In this document: piece after piece, positions 37,076 to 50,041 of the stretch | Numbering within the stretch: position 1 is the first letter of the stretch | Layout: the number at the start of each line of letters is the position of its first letter | Assembly (NCBI GenBank): GCA_028534125.1 | Contig: CM052817.1 | Coordinates: 48,734,001-48,798,000, forward strand | Direction: 5' to 3' | From: Lama glama | Taxonomy: Eukaryota | Length of the DNA stretch: 64,000 nt | The notes under the pieces: model-generated | Databases searched by the model: none | What the model was told of the DNA's origin: nothing | What the model saw: only the letters and a program-made list of their open reading frames with translations | Position numbers and translations under genes: made by a program

Positions 37076-38859
37076 CCCCAAAAAATGCTCCAAGATATAT
37101 TGGGTTCTGTAATTTTATCAACATTATTTGAACAATATGAATAGATACATTATACACTAGCCCAGCAAAGATGGCAGGTACAGGAAAATAACATAATCTA
37201 TTATTAATTTATGGCAAACAGATATAATAAATCAGACAATTTTATGTCTAAGATGAATCCAGGTACTGAGAGATTTAGCCATATGACATAACATTTTTTT
37301 CAGTTGAGAAAAAATTATCCTGTAAGATGTTATACTTTATTCCCTAATAGCTATGATTTATTGAGTCTTTGCCACATCCTGGATTGTGTTCTAAACACTT
37401 CATGTGGATTAGCTCATTTAATCCTCACAATAATCCCTTGCAATTTATGTTATTATTGCCAGATTACTGATTGGAAAATGAATCATAAGGAAGTCAAGTA
37501 ACTTGTTCAAATTTTTCATGAATATTTAAGATAAGAATTGACCTTAAATTTGACACATTTTGGAGCTTGAATTTTTTCCACTGTGCTATTTTGTCCCCCA
37601 AATCCAACTTATATACAACCACTTAACTAATTAACATACTTTTTAAAAATAACAGCACTTACTGAAGTGTGGATGCAACCCATTGTAATCTGTGATATCA
37701 GTCTAGAGAGTGGGAAACAGAATTTACAGAATGGATAGAGCAGAATAGAGAAGAAAATATCAGATGGCATTACATGTATTTTCTTATGAAACATTTTATG
37801 ATTATACAGGGGCATATACTGAATTATTTTGAAAATGATATGTTTTTGAGTTGTAGTTGGAAATATATGAAAACCTTTTGTTATACTGTAGTTTAATGGT
37901 GTGTGTGGGATGAAGCCAGGATGAAATTCCAACTCCCCTCCTGTATTTAGCTGTGTGTTTTGTTGGCCAGCTACCTAATAACATGTATCTCAACGTTGTC
38001 ACCCACAAAATAAATACTACTAATCTGCTTTATAGAATTTGTTTTGAAGATTAAATAAAATGGACATACAAAAATCTGGCCCATGTGATTAGTAAATGTT
38101 AGTCTTTTGACAGGAATATCTTCCTTACTTCATTCAATTTTTAAAATACCCTGAAATGATGAGTCTCTCGTAATTCAGAGGTAATGCATATTTAATTTTT
38201 AAAGGTGATTTAATTTAAAAGGTGATTTTGGTGCTGATGGGGGAACTGAGTTGAAATTGATCTTAAACTACCAAGTTTTCTTTGCCTTGTCATATCTTTG
38301 CTAGTGATTTCATATACTTGACAACTAGAAATCATGCACAATTTATTAGTTTACTAATTGTTTTTGACACAATTCTATTGCTATACATTTATATGAGTCA
38401 GCAGATCTTCTAAGTTAATGCTGAATACCTCCTGAATTGTTACCTTCTCTAGTCACATACTCACTTTGTGAAAAAGATAACTTTTCTTTCTCCTTGGTAC
38501 TGTGAATTGTTTTGATGCCAAGATACATTTTCAGCCAAGTGTTTTAAATACAAGGTGTAATTTCTAGTTGTAATAAAACATTGGCTGTGAAGGATTTAGA
38601 ATGATCATTGTAAAACGAAACAATTTCTGCTTGAGTTGTATCCAACAAAGCATTAGTGTCCGAAGCAGGCGGAAGCACACTTCTTTTAAAAACAAAAACT
38701 CTTACTCAAGTGAAATTTTAAATAAACTTGACTTTAAAAGATCTTGACGACCTACTTTTAAAACAATACCTAAAGCAGCAATTGTCTCTTTTCAGACGAA
38801 ATCCAGATTGCAGGTGGAGACTCACTGTTGTTAGCGAATAAAATTATTTGACAGATTAA

Positions 38860-40700
38860 TTTTTTTCTAAAGAAATCTATATCTAGCACAGTTAAAGTCA
38901 GTGATTTATGTTTACTCCCATGTTATAGTAGCCCTTTTCTTCCTTTCACTTTTTGCCCTATATGCTTAGATGCTTTGTTTTAAAACAAATTTTATTTATT
39001 TATTGAAGTTTTTAAAAATTAAAGCATACTTGATTTACAATGTTATGTTAGTTTTGGGTGTACAGCAAAATGATTCAAATATATATGTATATACATATTC
39101 TTTTCCATTAAATATATTAAAGAATATATATATTCTTTTCCATTAAAGGTTATTACAAGATGTTGAATATAATTCCCTATGCTATACAGTAGGTCATTGT
39201 TGTTTATCTATTTGATATATAGTATGTTAATCAAATAATAATAATAGATCAAATCTAAAATTGTTAACTCATTGTTGAATTCATCCTTTTGTATTAAGCA
39301 ATGTGATTTCTTATTTCTAGTAACACTTGTCTTTAAATCTATTTTGTCTGCATTTAGTATAGTTACAGCAACTTCCTTTTGGATAGTGCTTTTAGCATAA
39401 TACACTTTTTTTCTATTTTCCCCCTTCCCTAATCATTCAGTATCTTAATGTTTAAAGAAAATCTCTTGTAGACAGTATATAATTTTTAAAAATTAGGTCT
39501 GACAATCTTTGTCTTTTAATTAGATAATCTAGTTTGCTTACATTAAATGTTAATGTCTTTGTGTTTAAATTTATCATTTTACTATTTTTCCTATGTCTCC
39601 TATTTGTTATGTTTTTTCTTTTTCTTGTCTTCTTTAGGATTTATTAGGTTTTTAATTTTTTATTTTTAAAAAAATTGAAATTTTTTATTATTATTGCCTT
39701 ATTCAGTTGCCTTTTTTAAAATTGAAGTATAGTCAGTTACAATGTGTCAGTTTCTGGTGTACTGCATAATGTCCTAGTCATGCATATATATACATATATT
39801 CATTTTCATTAAAGGTTATTACAAGATAGTGAATATAGTTCCCTGTGCTATACAGAAGAAGTTTGTTTTTATCTATTTTTATATATAGTGGTTAACCTCT
39901 GAAAATCTCAAACTTCCAAATTTACCCCTTCCTACCCCCTTTCTCCCAGTAGCCAGAAGATTGTTTACTATATCTGCACATCTGTTTCTGTTTTGTACAT
40001 GAGTTCTTTTTTCTTTTCTAGATTCCACATATGAGTGATATAATATGGTATTTTTCTTTCTCTTTCTGGCTCATTTCATTTAGAATGACAATCTCTAGGT
40101 CTGTCCATGCTGCTGCAAATGACATTATTTTATTCTTTTTATCTCTGAGTATTATTCCATTGTATAAATATACCACAAGTAAGTTGTTCTTATTTCATTT
40201 CTCTTCTATTCATTTGTTAGCAATACATTCTTTTATTATTATTTTAGTGGTTATCCTAGAGATTAAAATATACCTCATTGGTATATTAAAATTTGTCTTA
40301 AGTTAGTACTTTTATTACTTCCCAGGCAGTGTGAGACTGTTACAATAATTTAACACAATTTATTAACTTTCAACTTTTATATTGTTATAATGAATTCTAG
40401 TTCTCCATATATTAAAATGCAGAAGACATCGCTAGTATTTAAAAAATAGTCATTATTTATTTAGATGAACCCAAATGATTATTTTTTCCAGTTCTTCTTT
40501 TTTCCTGCATTTCATATTTCCATCCACGACCATATTCCTTCTGCTTGAGAATTTCTCTTTAGAATTTCTTTTATTGTGAGTCAACTGTTGACACATTCTC
40601 TTAGGATTTTTCTGTCTGAAAATCTCTTTATTTTTGAAAGATACTTTTATTGGATGTATAATCCTAGGTTTCCAGTTACTTACTTTTATCATTTAAAAAA
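38860..40700 (-). mobile_element. Old L1 fragments (ORF1/ORF2 junction region) with two younger L1 3' ends nested near 38990-39225 and 39710-40180
   Basis: Track ORFs 39208-39405 and 40453-40692 resemble degenerate L1 EN and ORF1 C-terminus; nested ttattgaagtatagt...tacaatg motifs. Confidence 0.7.
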
Positions 40701-41269
40701 TGTCATCTATGTTTTTTGCACAATGCTTTTTGGGGCTTTTGGGATTTTGGTGGGAACATATACCACACTTAAGTGAGCTATCCATGATCTCAGTAACATA
40801 CTGAGCTGCCAGTTCTGAGTAGGGGTCAAAGCAGCAAGAGGCCCTATAGCACATCAAGTGTACTGTACTAGCTACTCTTCAGAATGGGCTTTTTAAGACT
40901 CAGCAGATCTGATGATAAGGTTTATGTGACAATTGGGGATATACTGTATGGATCCTCTGGCAAGTAACAGTAGGAGAACTGCAGCAAGACTTTCAGTTTG
41001 GAAGAAAATTCCATTCCTTCTTCTTCAAATAACCAATACCTTTTTGATAAACATCTCCTGGACACCTGATGTTAGTTGTTTAAATTGTACTCCACCCATC
41101 AGAGGGGAAAGAGACTTGTCTGCACTGGAATAGACACATCCCCTAGATATGGATTTGCCTTTCTATCCATAATATTTCTCCTGTAAACACAGGCTATGCA
41201 CTTAAAGAATGCTATATTTGCTAATGATAATCTACCAAAACATCTTTCTGATGAAGAAACTCATTTCAC

Positions 41270-42038
41270 TATCAGTAGTCTAAATCTTCCAATCAAAAGA
41301 CATAGAGTGGCTGATTGGATAATAGAACAAAAGCCTACAATATGCTGCCTGTAAGACTCACTTTAGGGCAAAGGACACACATAGACTGAAATTGAGGGGA
41401 TAGAAAAAGATTTTTCACTCAAATGGAAATGACAAGAAAGTGGGGGTAGCAATACTCATGTAAGGAAAAACAGACTTTAAAACAAAGGCCATACAATGGA
41501 ATAAAGACAGTCTCTTCAGCAAATGGTGTTGGGAAAACTGGACAGCAGCATGTAAATCAGTGAAGCTACAACACTCCCTTACACCATACACAAAAATTAA
41601 CTAAAAATGGATCAAAGACTGAAACATAAGACAAGATACAGTAAACCTCCTAGAAGAAAATATAGGCAAAACATTATCTGACATACATCTCAAAAATGTT
41701 CTCCTAGGACAGTCTACCCAAGCAATAGAAATAAAAGCAAGAATAAGCAAATAGGACCTAATTAAACTTACAAGCTTCTGCACTGCAAAGGAAACTATAA
41801 GTAAAACAAAACAACAACCTATGGAATATGAGAAAATTTTTGCAAATGAAACTGACAAAGGCTTGATCTCCAGAATATATAAGCAGTTCATATGACTTAA
41901 TAAGAAAAAAAAATCCAGTCCAAAAATGGACAGAAGACCTAAACAAGCAATTCTCCAAGGAAGAAATACAAATGATCAATAGGCACATGAAAAAATGCTC
42001 AGTATCACTAATTATCAGAGAAATGCAAATCAAAACTA
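41270..42038 (+). mobile_element. Younger L1 ORF2 fragment with internal deletion, running into a gap
   Basis: LNLPIKRHRVADWI...TICCL (EN start) joined near 41490 to [17 protein letters not shown] (late ORF2). Confidence 0.9.
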
Positions 42039-42538
42039 NNNNNNNNNNNNNNNNNNNNNNNNNNNNNNNNNNNNNNNNNNNNNNNNNNNNNNNNNNNNNN
42101 NNNNNNNNNNNNNNNNNNNNNNNNNNNNNNNNNNNNNNNNNNNNNNNNNNNNNNNNNNNNNNNNNNNNNNNNNNNNNNNNNNNNNNNNNNNNNNNNNNNN
42201 NNNNNNNNNNNNNNNNNNNNNNNNNNNNNNNNNNNNNNNNNNNNNNNNNNNNNNNNNNNNNNNNNNNNNNNNNNNNNNNNNNNNNNNNNNNNNNNNNNNN
42301 NNNNNNNNNNNNNNNNNNNNNNNNNNNNNNNNNNNNNNNNNNNNNNNNNNNNNNNNNNNNNNNNNNNNNNNNNNNNNNNNNNNNNNNNNNNNNNNNNNNN
42401 NNNNNNNNNNNNNNNNNNNNNNNNNNNNNNNNNNNNNNNNNNNNNNNNNNNNNNNNNNNNNNNNNNNNNNNNNNNNNNNNNNNNNNNNNNNNNNNNNNNN
42501 NNNNNNNNNNNNNNNNNNNNNNNNNNNNNNNNNNNNNN
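42039..42538. other. Assembly gap (500 N)
   Basis: N run. Confidence 0.99.
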
Positions 42539-44842
42539 TCTTTTTCTGCATGTATTTTTTTTTTCATTTCTGATGAGCTTTGACCCATTCAGTATTTGGT
42601 GTTTCCTGAGGAAACATACCTTATACAATGAATCACAATGTCCTTTGTCTCAATAAAAATAGTCTGGAGTTTGTCTCAATAAAAATAGTGCCTCTTTAGT
42701 TTAAAGAAAAAGTACAAGGTGTTCTATTTTAAGTAATTTTAATGGGTCATCTTTTGTTACATGTTACTATTACCATATTTCCTATTTTATCTAAAATTTA
42801 ACTATGTTATGTGGGAAATTAAAAAATCAAATTATTTTAAAATTAAACTCTGACATGATCTAGAGAGAATTTGGGGGAAAAATCTAGAATTAAAATGAGA
42901 AATCATTATTAAATAGACATTGCTAAATACCACACACATCACTGTGACCAATTTTACACACCGAGCATCTCGAATACATTGCTTGACTCTTTGGAACACT
43001 AGACTCTGTCTTGTGTGTTTTGTGTTTCTATTCTTTTTTCAGTTGAGATGATGAAATTGTATTCCTCTTTTGTGCTTGGGCGTTTCTACATGTCTGATCC
43101 TATATGTTTTTTCTCTCATTTACTTACCATTGGTTTAGTTGAGTAAAAGTTTTGAGGGATTTGAAAAATGAGTACTTGGATTAGGATTTTGATCTAAGTT
43201 TTTGAAATGGCAAGAAAGAAAAATCTAGTGGTGGAAGGGGGAGAAAAGTCAGAAGATTCGTGCAGTTCTCGATCTTAACTGTATTTTAATTCTCTGTAAC
43301 TGTTTCAAGGTATTTAAGTTATTTAAAAGATTCTTAAATGGACATTTTAAAGGAAGCATCCTTTTATCAATGAAGAACTGAAACAGTGGTCTGAGGGAGC
43401 GTTCTAAAGGTCTGCTGGTGCTCGCCATTATTAGGTTGAGAAATCTCATGGCAGGATGGAACGAGTTCTGTTATCATCTCTGCTTTATATACACCCGGGC
43501 ACTAATGAACCTAAGTCTCCTGACTTCAAGTCCTGAATTCTGACTTAAGCAGGATTCCACGTTGTTTCCCAAGTCTACATAACCTTCATAAATTTACTAA
43601 CATTCAATGTTTTAGTCTGCTGTAGAGATTAATCAAGTGAATTTATAGTCAGGTCACTTTACTTCAAAGGCCAGTACCAGTATTTATTTGCTGGGTGATA
43701 TCAGGCAAGCTGTTTTACTGCATTTGCCTCAATTTCTTCATTTGAAAAATGTGGACATGTATAATTTTGGTACCGTGGAGTTTTGTAATTCTTTTGTTAA
43801 CTCATTCATTTATTCACCATTTGCTGAATACCTTCTGGGTGTGAGACATAGTGCTAGTTGTTAAAGTTACAAAATAGTCACATGTTTGTTGTTAAAAATC
43901 TTTCAGAACTCATAGGTGGTATAGGAAAAAGAAGCCACATTTTGAGAGTTGATCTTAGTTTTAAATTCTTGCACTTCATTTCATTTGCTTTGACTCAATT
44001 GCCTTAAAAATTCTAATGATATCATCAAGTGTAATAAACTGTATATATATATAACATATATATATAAAACATATATATAACATATATATATATATATGAT
44101 ATATATATACATATATATATTTGCTAATCTTAGGCTCTTGTCAATGACTGAACAATGACATGCCCCATCAGTGAAGATGGTTCTATTTTCTAAGTTAACA
44201 TGGAGAGTTCGAGAAACCACTTTCTTCTTTGACAATAATTTAGCTTGTCAGAAGATGAGTGTCTTGTTTCCTGTTTTGATGCCAGTGTATCAGCCAAGTG
44301 TTTCAAATACAGGTGTGATCTATGTCGTAATGGATCACTGGCACTGAAGGACATAGAATGAACACAGGAAAAGCAGAAGTACAACTTCTGAGGGGGTTGT
44401 GACCAACAAAGAATTAGAGCAACACAAGCCAAAGGAAGCACAGGTCTGTTAAGAAACAAACAGTCACTCAAGTTAAACTTTAATTAATTCCTGGCTTTAA
44501 AAGATCCTGAATGAATGAATAGTCTCTAGAACTGTACCTGAGTGAGCTAATGTCTCTGGTCACAGATAATTCAAGGTGATAGTAGAGTCACTATATTGTT
44601 GGTGCAGAGACTTATGTGGCAGATGGAAAATATTTTTTTTTCATATAATTAGAATTTGCAGGATTAAACTCAGTCATGCAGCAGCATATTTGAAGTCTGC
44701 TGCCCTACTGTGCAATTTCTTTGGATCTATGCAGAGAGTATGAATGTGTTTCTTCTAGGTTATTTATAAGTAGATGATTTGGCTTCTGGGTTAATAACAC
44801 TTTAAATATGTATCATGCTTTTGAATTTACAGATTGCTTTTA

Positions 44843-45017
44843 TTTATTTTATTTTTAATGATTTATTTATTTATTGTTTGTGGGGTTTTTTGTTTTTGTT
44901 TTGGGGGGTAGGTAATTAGGTTTATTTATTTATTTATCTTAATGGAAGTACTGGGCATTGAACCCAGGGCCTTGTGTATGCCAAGTATGCACTCTACAAC
45001 TGAGCTATACCCTCCCC
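44843..45017 (-). mobile_element. tRNA-derived SINE of camelid Vic-1 type
   Basis: Minus strand GGGGAGGGTATAGCTCAG..TAGAG...GGGTTCAATGCCCAGTAC (A/B boxes), then TAAA repeats, AACCTAATTACC and an A-rich tail. Possible target duplication ttgctttta. Confidence 0.85.
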
Positions 45018-47150
45018 TGCCACGTTGCTTTTAAAATTTTGTGTGGAAATATTTGTTGTGAGAGCTTAGTCAGTGAAGCTATTGGGCTTCAAGAGGAAAC
45101 ATAATTTATTGGACTGAAGGAGTCTAGTACTGTGATATGGGATTAATAACCGGGCTTGCAGATTGAAGAAAAGCTATAATTCTGATTCGTTCCACATGGA
45201 AACTAGGAGATCTAGTAGGAGATCTAGACCTGAAAGTTCTGTAAACTTTCTAGAAGTCGGCTATAAATTTTTTTGAACTTCCAAGTAGCCAAAGTTAAAA
45301 GAAAAATACAACCAGATAAAAAGACTTCATAATGTCCATAAAACAAAATCACAGTTAATGCTTAAGAAAAGTGCCTTTCCTACTATTTAGTACCATGAGA
45401 AAATTTCTCATTTATTGTCAAGGAGGAAATTTATTATTCTATTGTAAACTTGAAAGGACTCTTCATTGTATAACCTGAATATCTTCAGTATGTGACCATA
45501 AATATACAATTGCCCTTCAACCAGAATTTTGCTAGATTGATAACTCCAATTGTGTAACCAAACAAATCAGTTTCCTTTCAAGATCTCTCTGAGGCAATAG
45601 TCCTGGCTTCCACTTAATATCCAAAATATGTTTTCTTTCTCACAGTTTCACTTTATTAAAAAAATGTGGTTGTATGTAAGTTTTCTCTGTAAACTAGATC
45701 CAGTACTTAAATATTTAAATTATAAACATAGCATTTGTTAATTTATATATCATATTTTTCTAATTTCTCCATTTAACATGCAAAATAACTCTATGATATT
45801 GTCAGGAAAAAAATTAACATCCTAGTTTTTTAAACAGAGAAAGACCTGAGGAGTGGAGTTACTGTTCAGACCATATTACTCTTTTTTGATAAGGTTTTTT
45901 CCTTAAAAAAATTATTCATAGTCGTTGATAAGAATTGCTATGTAAAAATAATGAAGTACTCTAAAAAATAGTCTATTTAAAACAATTTAGATTATATGTA
46001 TCATCTCCTGAAAGTTAGTCTTAAATGATTGTGCCCCAGTATTTTGGGGGAAAATGACACATTGTTCTCTAAAATGGAAATCGAAAGAACCTCAGTTCTT
46101 GAATTGGCTTTGCTACCTGTGAATAGTATGGCCTTGGGAGAAAGTTCATTAATCTATCATGGTTTTATTTTCTTCTTTGTAAAATGAGAAAGATAAATTG
46201 TAAAGCTCCCTGCCCCACTGCAGGCAGATCTAGGTTTGAGGGGTCTAAAGCTTATATAATTTGGGGAGTGGACTATGAGGAAAAGTATACAAAGTTATAA
46301 TTACAAAATACCTGCAGCCAATCCAAGTTCATGTTATAAGGGACTATGAATACATGATGGTCCCAGCCATCCAAAGTCTGCTGGTTATAATGGGAGATGT
46401 GCCCAAGGTTAAGCTGAAATAGTAAAAGAAGGCAGTGTTAACTGATAGTAGTTTAAATATCTTACTTTTCCAATTAAAGAAAAAAAAAAGCGCCTTTTCA
46501 AACACACTGTATTAGACCCTCAGAAGGATGAAGTTCTCAGCAAGGAGATTCTTCAGCTTCAGTTTCATTTGCATTGTCATTAATCTCCTGGAGCTTTCAA
46601 ATTCTCACGTTTGTTCTAAATTTTGATGTGCCAGATAGTCACCTGGAGGCTGGTGATACCGAAAAATTCAGGGATCAAGTGGCTGAGGTTCTGATTTTAT
46701 TAGGTTTTGGTTGGGACCCAAGAAACTGCATTGTTAGTAAATAACCATGGATAATTCTAACACTGGTGTTTTATAATGTATACTTTGAGCAGAACAGCAC
46801 CTACAGAATCCAAACCAAGGGCTGGAAATAGACAAGAAAACCACCTCTTTCACTTCAACTGGAAGCTGTTACTGAGAGCAACTGATGTTTTGGGAAAACG
46901 GCCAGGAAAGGCTATTAAAGGCTAGATGTGAATTTCAGCAGGCTTCCTTCCATGTATAAAGAAACTTTGATCTCCCGCAAATAGAAAGGCAGAAATATTT
47001 GAGGACCAGACCCTGGACTCAATCACCAGAATAAAAGCATTCCAGACAAGGCTGGATTCTTAACCCAGGCAGATCTGCAAGACCTAGTTTAGTGCTTTGA
47101 CCTGTGAAGAATGGGACTCTGCAATATGGATTTATCTTTAGATGTCTTGG

Positions 47151-47625
47151 TGTATCAGTTAGCTATTTCTGTGTTACAAACCACTGCAAAACTTGGTGGC
47201 GTAACACAACAGTTTAATATTTCTTATGTCTATATGCTTGCTTGGAAGTTATCCTGGTCTGGCTAGGCTTGATTGATCTTGGCTGAGCTTGCTTATGTGA
47301 GTGTTCAGCTGGTGGGTTGGCTGGAGGCTGGCTTGTCCAAAATGGCCTTGGCTGGAACAGCTTCATACCCCTCCACATAGTCAGGGCCGCATTCATGTGA
47401 TGTGAGGGGTTCATAAGAAAACCAGAAATGTATAAATATTTTTTTTTCCAATCTCTACTTTTCTCACGTTTGACTGATATAGTGTTGTCCCACTGGCAAA
47501 AATATGTTAGTGGTCAAGCCCAGAGACAGTGTAAGAGGATCCCCAACAAGTTTGTATAAGTGGAGGTATGAAAAATTGGGGCCATTAATTCAAAAAATAC
47601 TACATATGATGTCCCCAACTTTGTG
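47151..47625 (-). mobile_element. MLT1-type MaLR LTR
   Basis: tgtatcagttagctatttctgtgttacaaaccactgcaaaacttggtggc terminus. Confidence 0.7.
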
Positions 47626-47669
47626 CCTCAGTTTTTAATTTTAAAGAATCTAAAGTTGAGCTTAGTCTG

Positions 47670-47860
47670 CTGTAGGGTTTGACAACCTTGACACTTAATA
47701 TTTTGGGCCAGATAATTCTTTGTTATGGGAGACTGTATTGTTCATCCCTGGCTTCTACCCACTAGATGCCAGCAGCATCCTCCCAGCTGTAATGACCTAA
47801 AATGTTCCAGACATTGCCAAATGTCCCCGTTGGGGACTACTCCTGGTAGAGAACCACTAG
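47670..47860. mobile_element. MER20
   Basis: ttttgggccagataattctttgttatggg...ctacccactagatgccagcagc...cagacattgccaaatgtccc...gagaaccact. Confidence 0.85.
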
Positions 47861-48689
47861 TCTAGATGAAGGAATAACTCCTGATTTCATCACCTAATTG
47901 ACTTATTCAGGTTTAGCTCTCTACAGGGTATTTTTGATTTTTGCCTACTCTAGGCTTTAAAGCAGTATAGAGATTGGATTGTAGGAGGTGAAACTAGAGG
48001 AAGAAAGATCTATTAAAAAGCTATTAAATTTATCCAGAGGGGTTAGGGTAGTGGCAATGGGAGTGCAGTGAAATGAACAGAATCAAGAGATTTTCAAGTG
48101 ATCAACAAGTCTTTTTGATAGATTGGATATAGAGGGTGAAGGAGAGAGTGATGTCAAGGATGATGCTTTCCTATTCTTTAAAATTCCTTCTTAAGAACCA
48201 TTTTATATCATGATGCGTGTGTTTCAGTCAATGGTTATAGCAAGAGAACTCTTCTGTGGGTTGTGATTTAGTTTATATTTCTATTCTTGAGGCTAATCAT
48301 AATATTTACTAAAATATTTCATCTTTTTTGCCTTATTAGAGCTGATAGGTCCTGAAAGAGTGAGGGGTGCAATCCCCCAATGTCAAATGTATATTTGTAC
48401 AATTTAGTAAACTTTGAAGTATAAACTAACTTTTGTTTACTAAAGCCCTAATTAAAAGTGATTTTTCTTTTCAGGAAAATAAAACACATTTCAGCATTGG
48501 GAGCAGAAGGTCAAAATACATACACATTTGGTGAATCTTTTGTTTCTTTCTTTTAGTAGGGATCTGCTAGCATTGGGTTTATAGATATAACCTATCTGCC
48601 CAAGGAGACCAAATTTAATTTTTTAATTAAAAGAGAATAAGAGCTTTTAATCCATATGGCAGATTTATTTATTTATTTATTTTTTATAA

Positions 48690-48852
48690 TTCCTTTTTTT
48701 AATTGAGTTATAGTCATTTTACAATGTTGTGGCAAATTCCAATGTAGAGCACAATTTTTCAGTTATACATGAACATACATATATTCATTGTCACTTTTTT
48801 TTGTTTTCACCATGGGCTACCACAAGATCTTGTATATATTTCCCTGTGCTAT
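48690..48852 (-). mobile_element. Lineage-specific L1 3' end, running into the 100-N gap at 48853-48952
   Basis: ttttttaattgagttatagtcattttacaatgttgtgg...catgaacatacatatattc. Confidence 0.8.
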
Positions 48853-49019
48853 NNNNNNNNNNNNNNNNNNNNNNNNNNNNNNNNNNNNNNNNNNNNNNNN
48901 NNNNNNNNNNNNNNNNNNNNNNNNNNNNNNNNNNNNNNNNNNNNNNNNNNNNAAGCTATCTGTTTATCTTTCTTTTTGATGTGGCAAAAAAATACCTGGT
49001 CTTAGACACATCTTAAAGT

Positions 49020-49551
49020 CACTCATTTGGTTAGAAAATACTTTGGAAAATGTTGTTTATCTTGGTTTTGCCTTTGGCTTCTTGTGATTTGATGCATTTG
49101 TAAGCTTAGAAGTTGTAGAATTTATGGAAGCGGTTGTTGCTGATTGGCAGCTGTGGTGCCAGCCGCTGGGCATCGGTGGTGGCCTCAGGTTGGAGGGTGC
49201 TGGGAGCCATGGTGCTGGATGCAATGCTTGTAGTTTCACTGGTGGAGGCAGCAGAAGCAATGGCAGCAGCAGTGGTAGTTACAGATGGAGGAGCACTGGA
49301 ATTGGCTAGTGGTGCTTGAGAATTGGGGTTTACAACATTCTCAGGTGGTAAAGTAGGTCTGTGTGGTGATGGACCATGTGGGCGGTGGGGAAAAAGCAGA
49401 TGGCGGGGGTAGTGGCCTATGGGGGATTCTTGACGACATGGTAACCATGTGGATCTGCAGAAGCTTGTCCAAATTCTGCAGAACGCTGTCTTGACTCATA
49501 AAGACGTGTTTGCTTAAATGGTTTAAAATGCTCTTCAGAACTTTCACTAGA
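49020..49551 (-). pseudogene. Last exon of an SMR3/PROL1/MUC7-family SCPP gene: premature stop and frameshifted Pro- and Thr/Ala-rich tail
   Basis: ttttgtattctcttaag|TCT AGT GAA AGT TCT GAA GAG = SSESSEEHFKPFKQTR...KNPP* (stop 49417-49419). Other frames continue as RIPHRPLPPPS and PHGPSPHRPTLPPENVVNPNSQAP...TTTAAAIASAASTSETTS. Confidence 0.75.
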
Positions 49552-49983
49552 CTTAAGAGAATACAAAAAAAATTATTTTTATGCAGATTAGATGCATAAA
49601 TTAGCTTGAAATCAGGTTTCAATATGTATCTATGTTGTCACTTAAATTTGTGTAAATATTCTAACTTCATTCCATAAGTAATTTGATTGGTGTGCCTACC
49701 AAGTAGACAGAATTATGATCTTTGGTGTGTCAAGTAAACTATATTTCTGCTATTCTGAAGGCCTAATAGTTTTACTACAAATTTTCCCAAAATGTGTTAC
49801 ATAGTAGGCATTGTATTGAAAAGATTTTGGTAGTCAAACGACTATGGAAAACATTTTGGTAAAGTAAAGGACATTTCTTTACTAGAAGGCTTATTGGAAT
49901 TGTTAATGTAATATGCCAGTGAATATTTAGCCTATCCAAGGGATATGTAGTGTTTTCCAGACTTGCTTCACCATGGGAATATT

Positions 49984-49993
49984 GTGTGTGTGA

Positions 49994-50040
<47 letters not shown>

Positions 50041-50041
50041 T
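49984..50041. repeat. (TG)n microsatellite
   Basis: Direct inspection. Confidence 0.95.

Noticed and set aside
41758..42628. ORFs of 170-276 aa
   Set aside because: Artefacts of translating through the 500-N gap.
44945..45017. tRNA-like sequence
   Set aside because: Head of a SINE with an AT-rich tail and diverged arms, not a tRNA gene.
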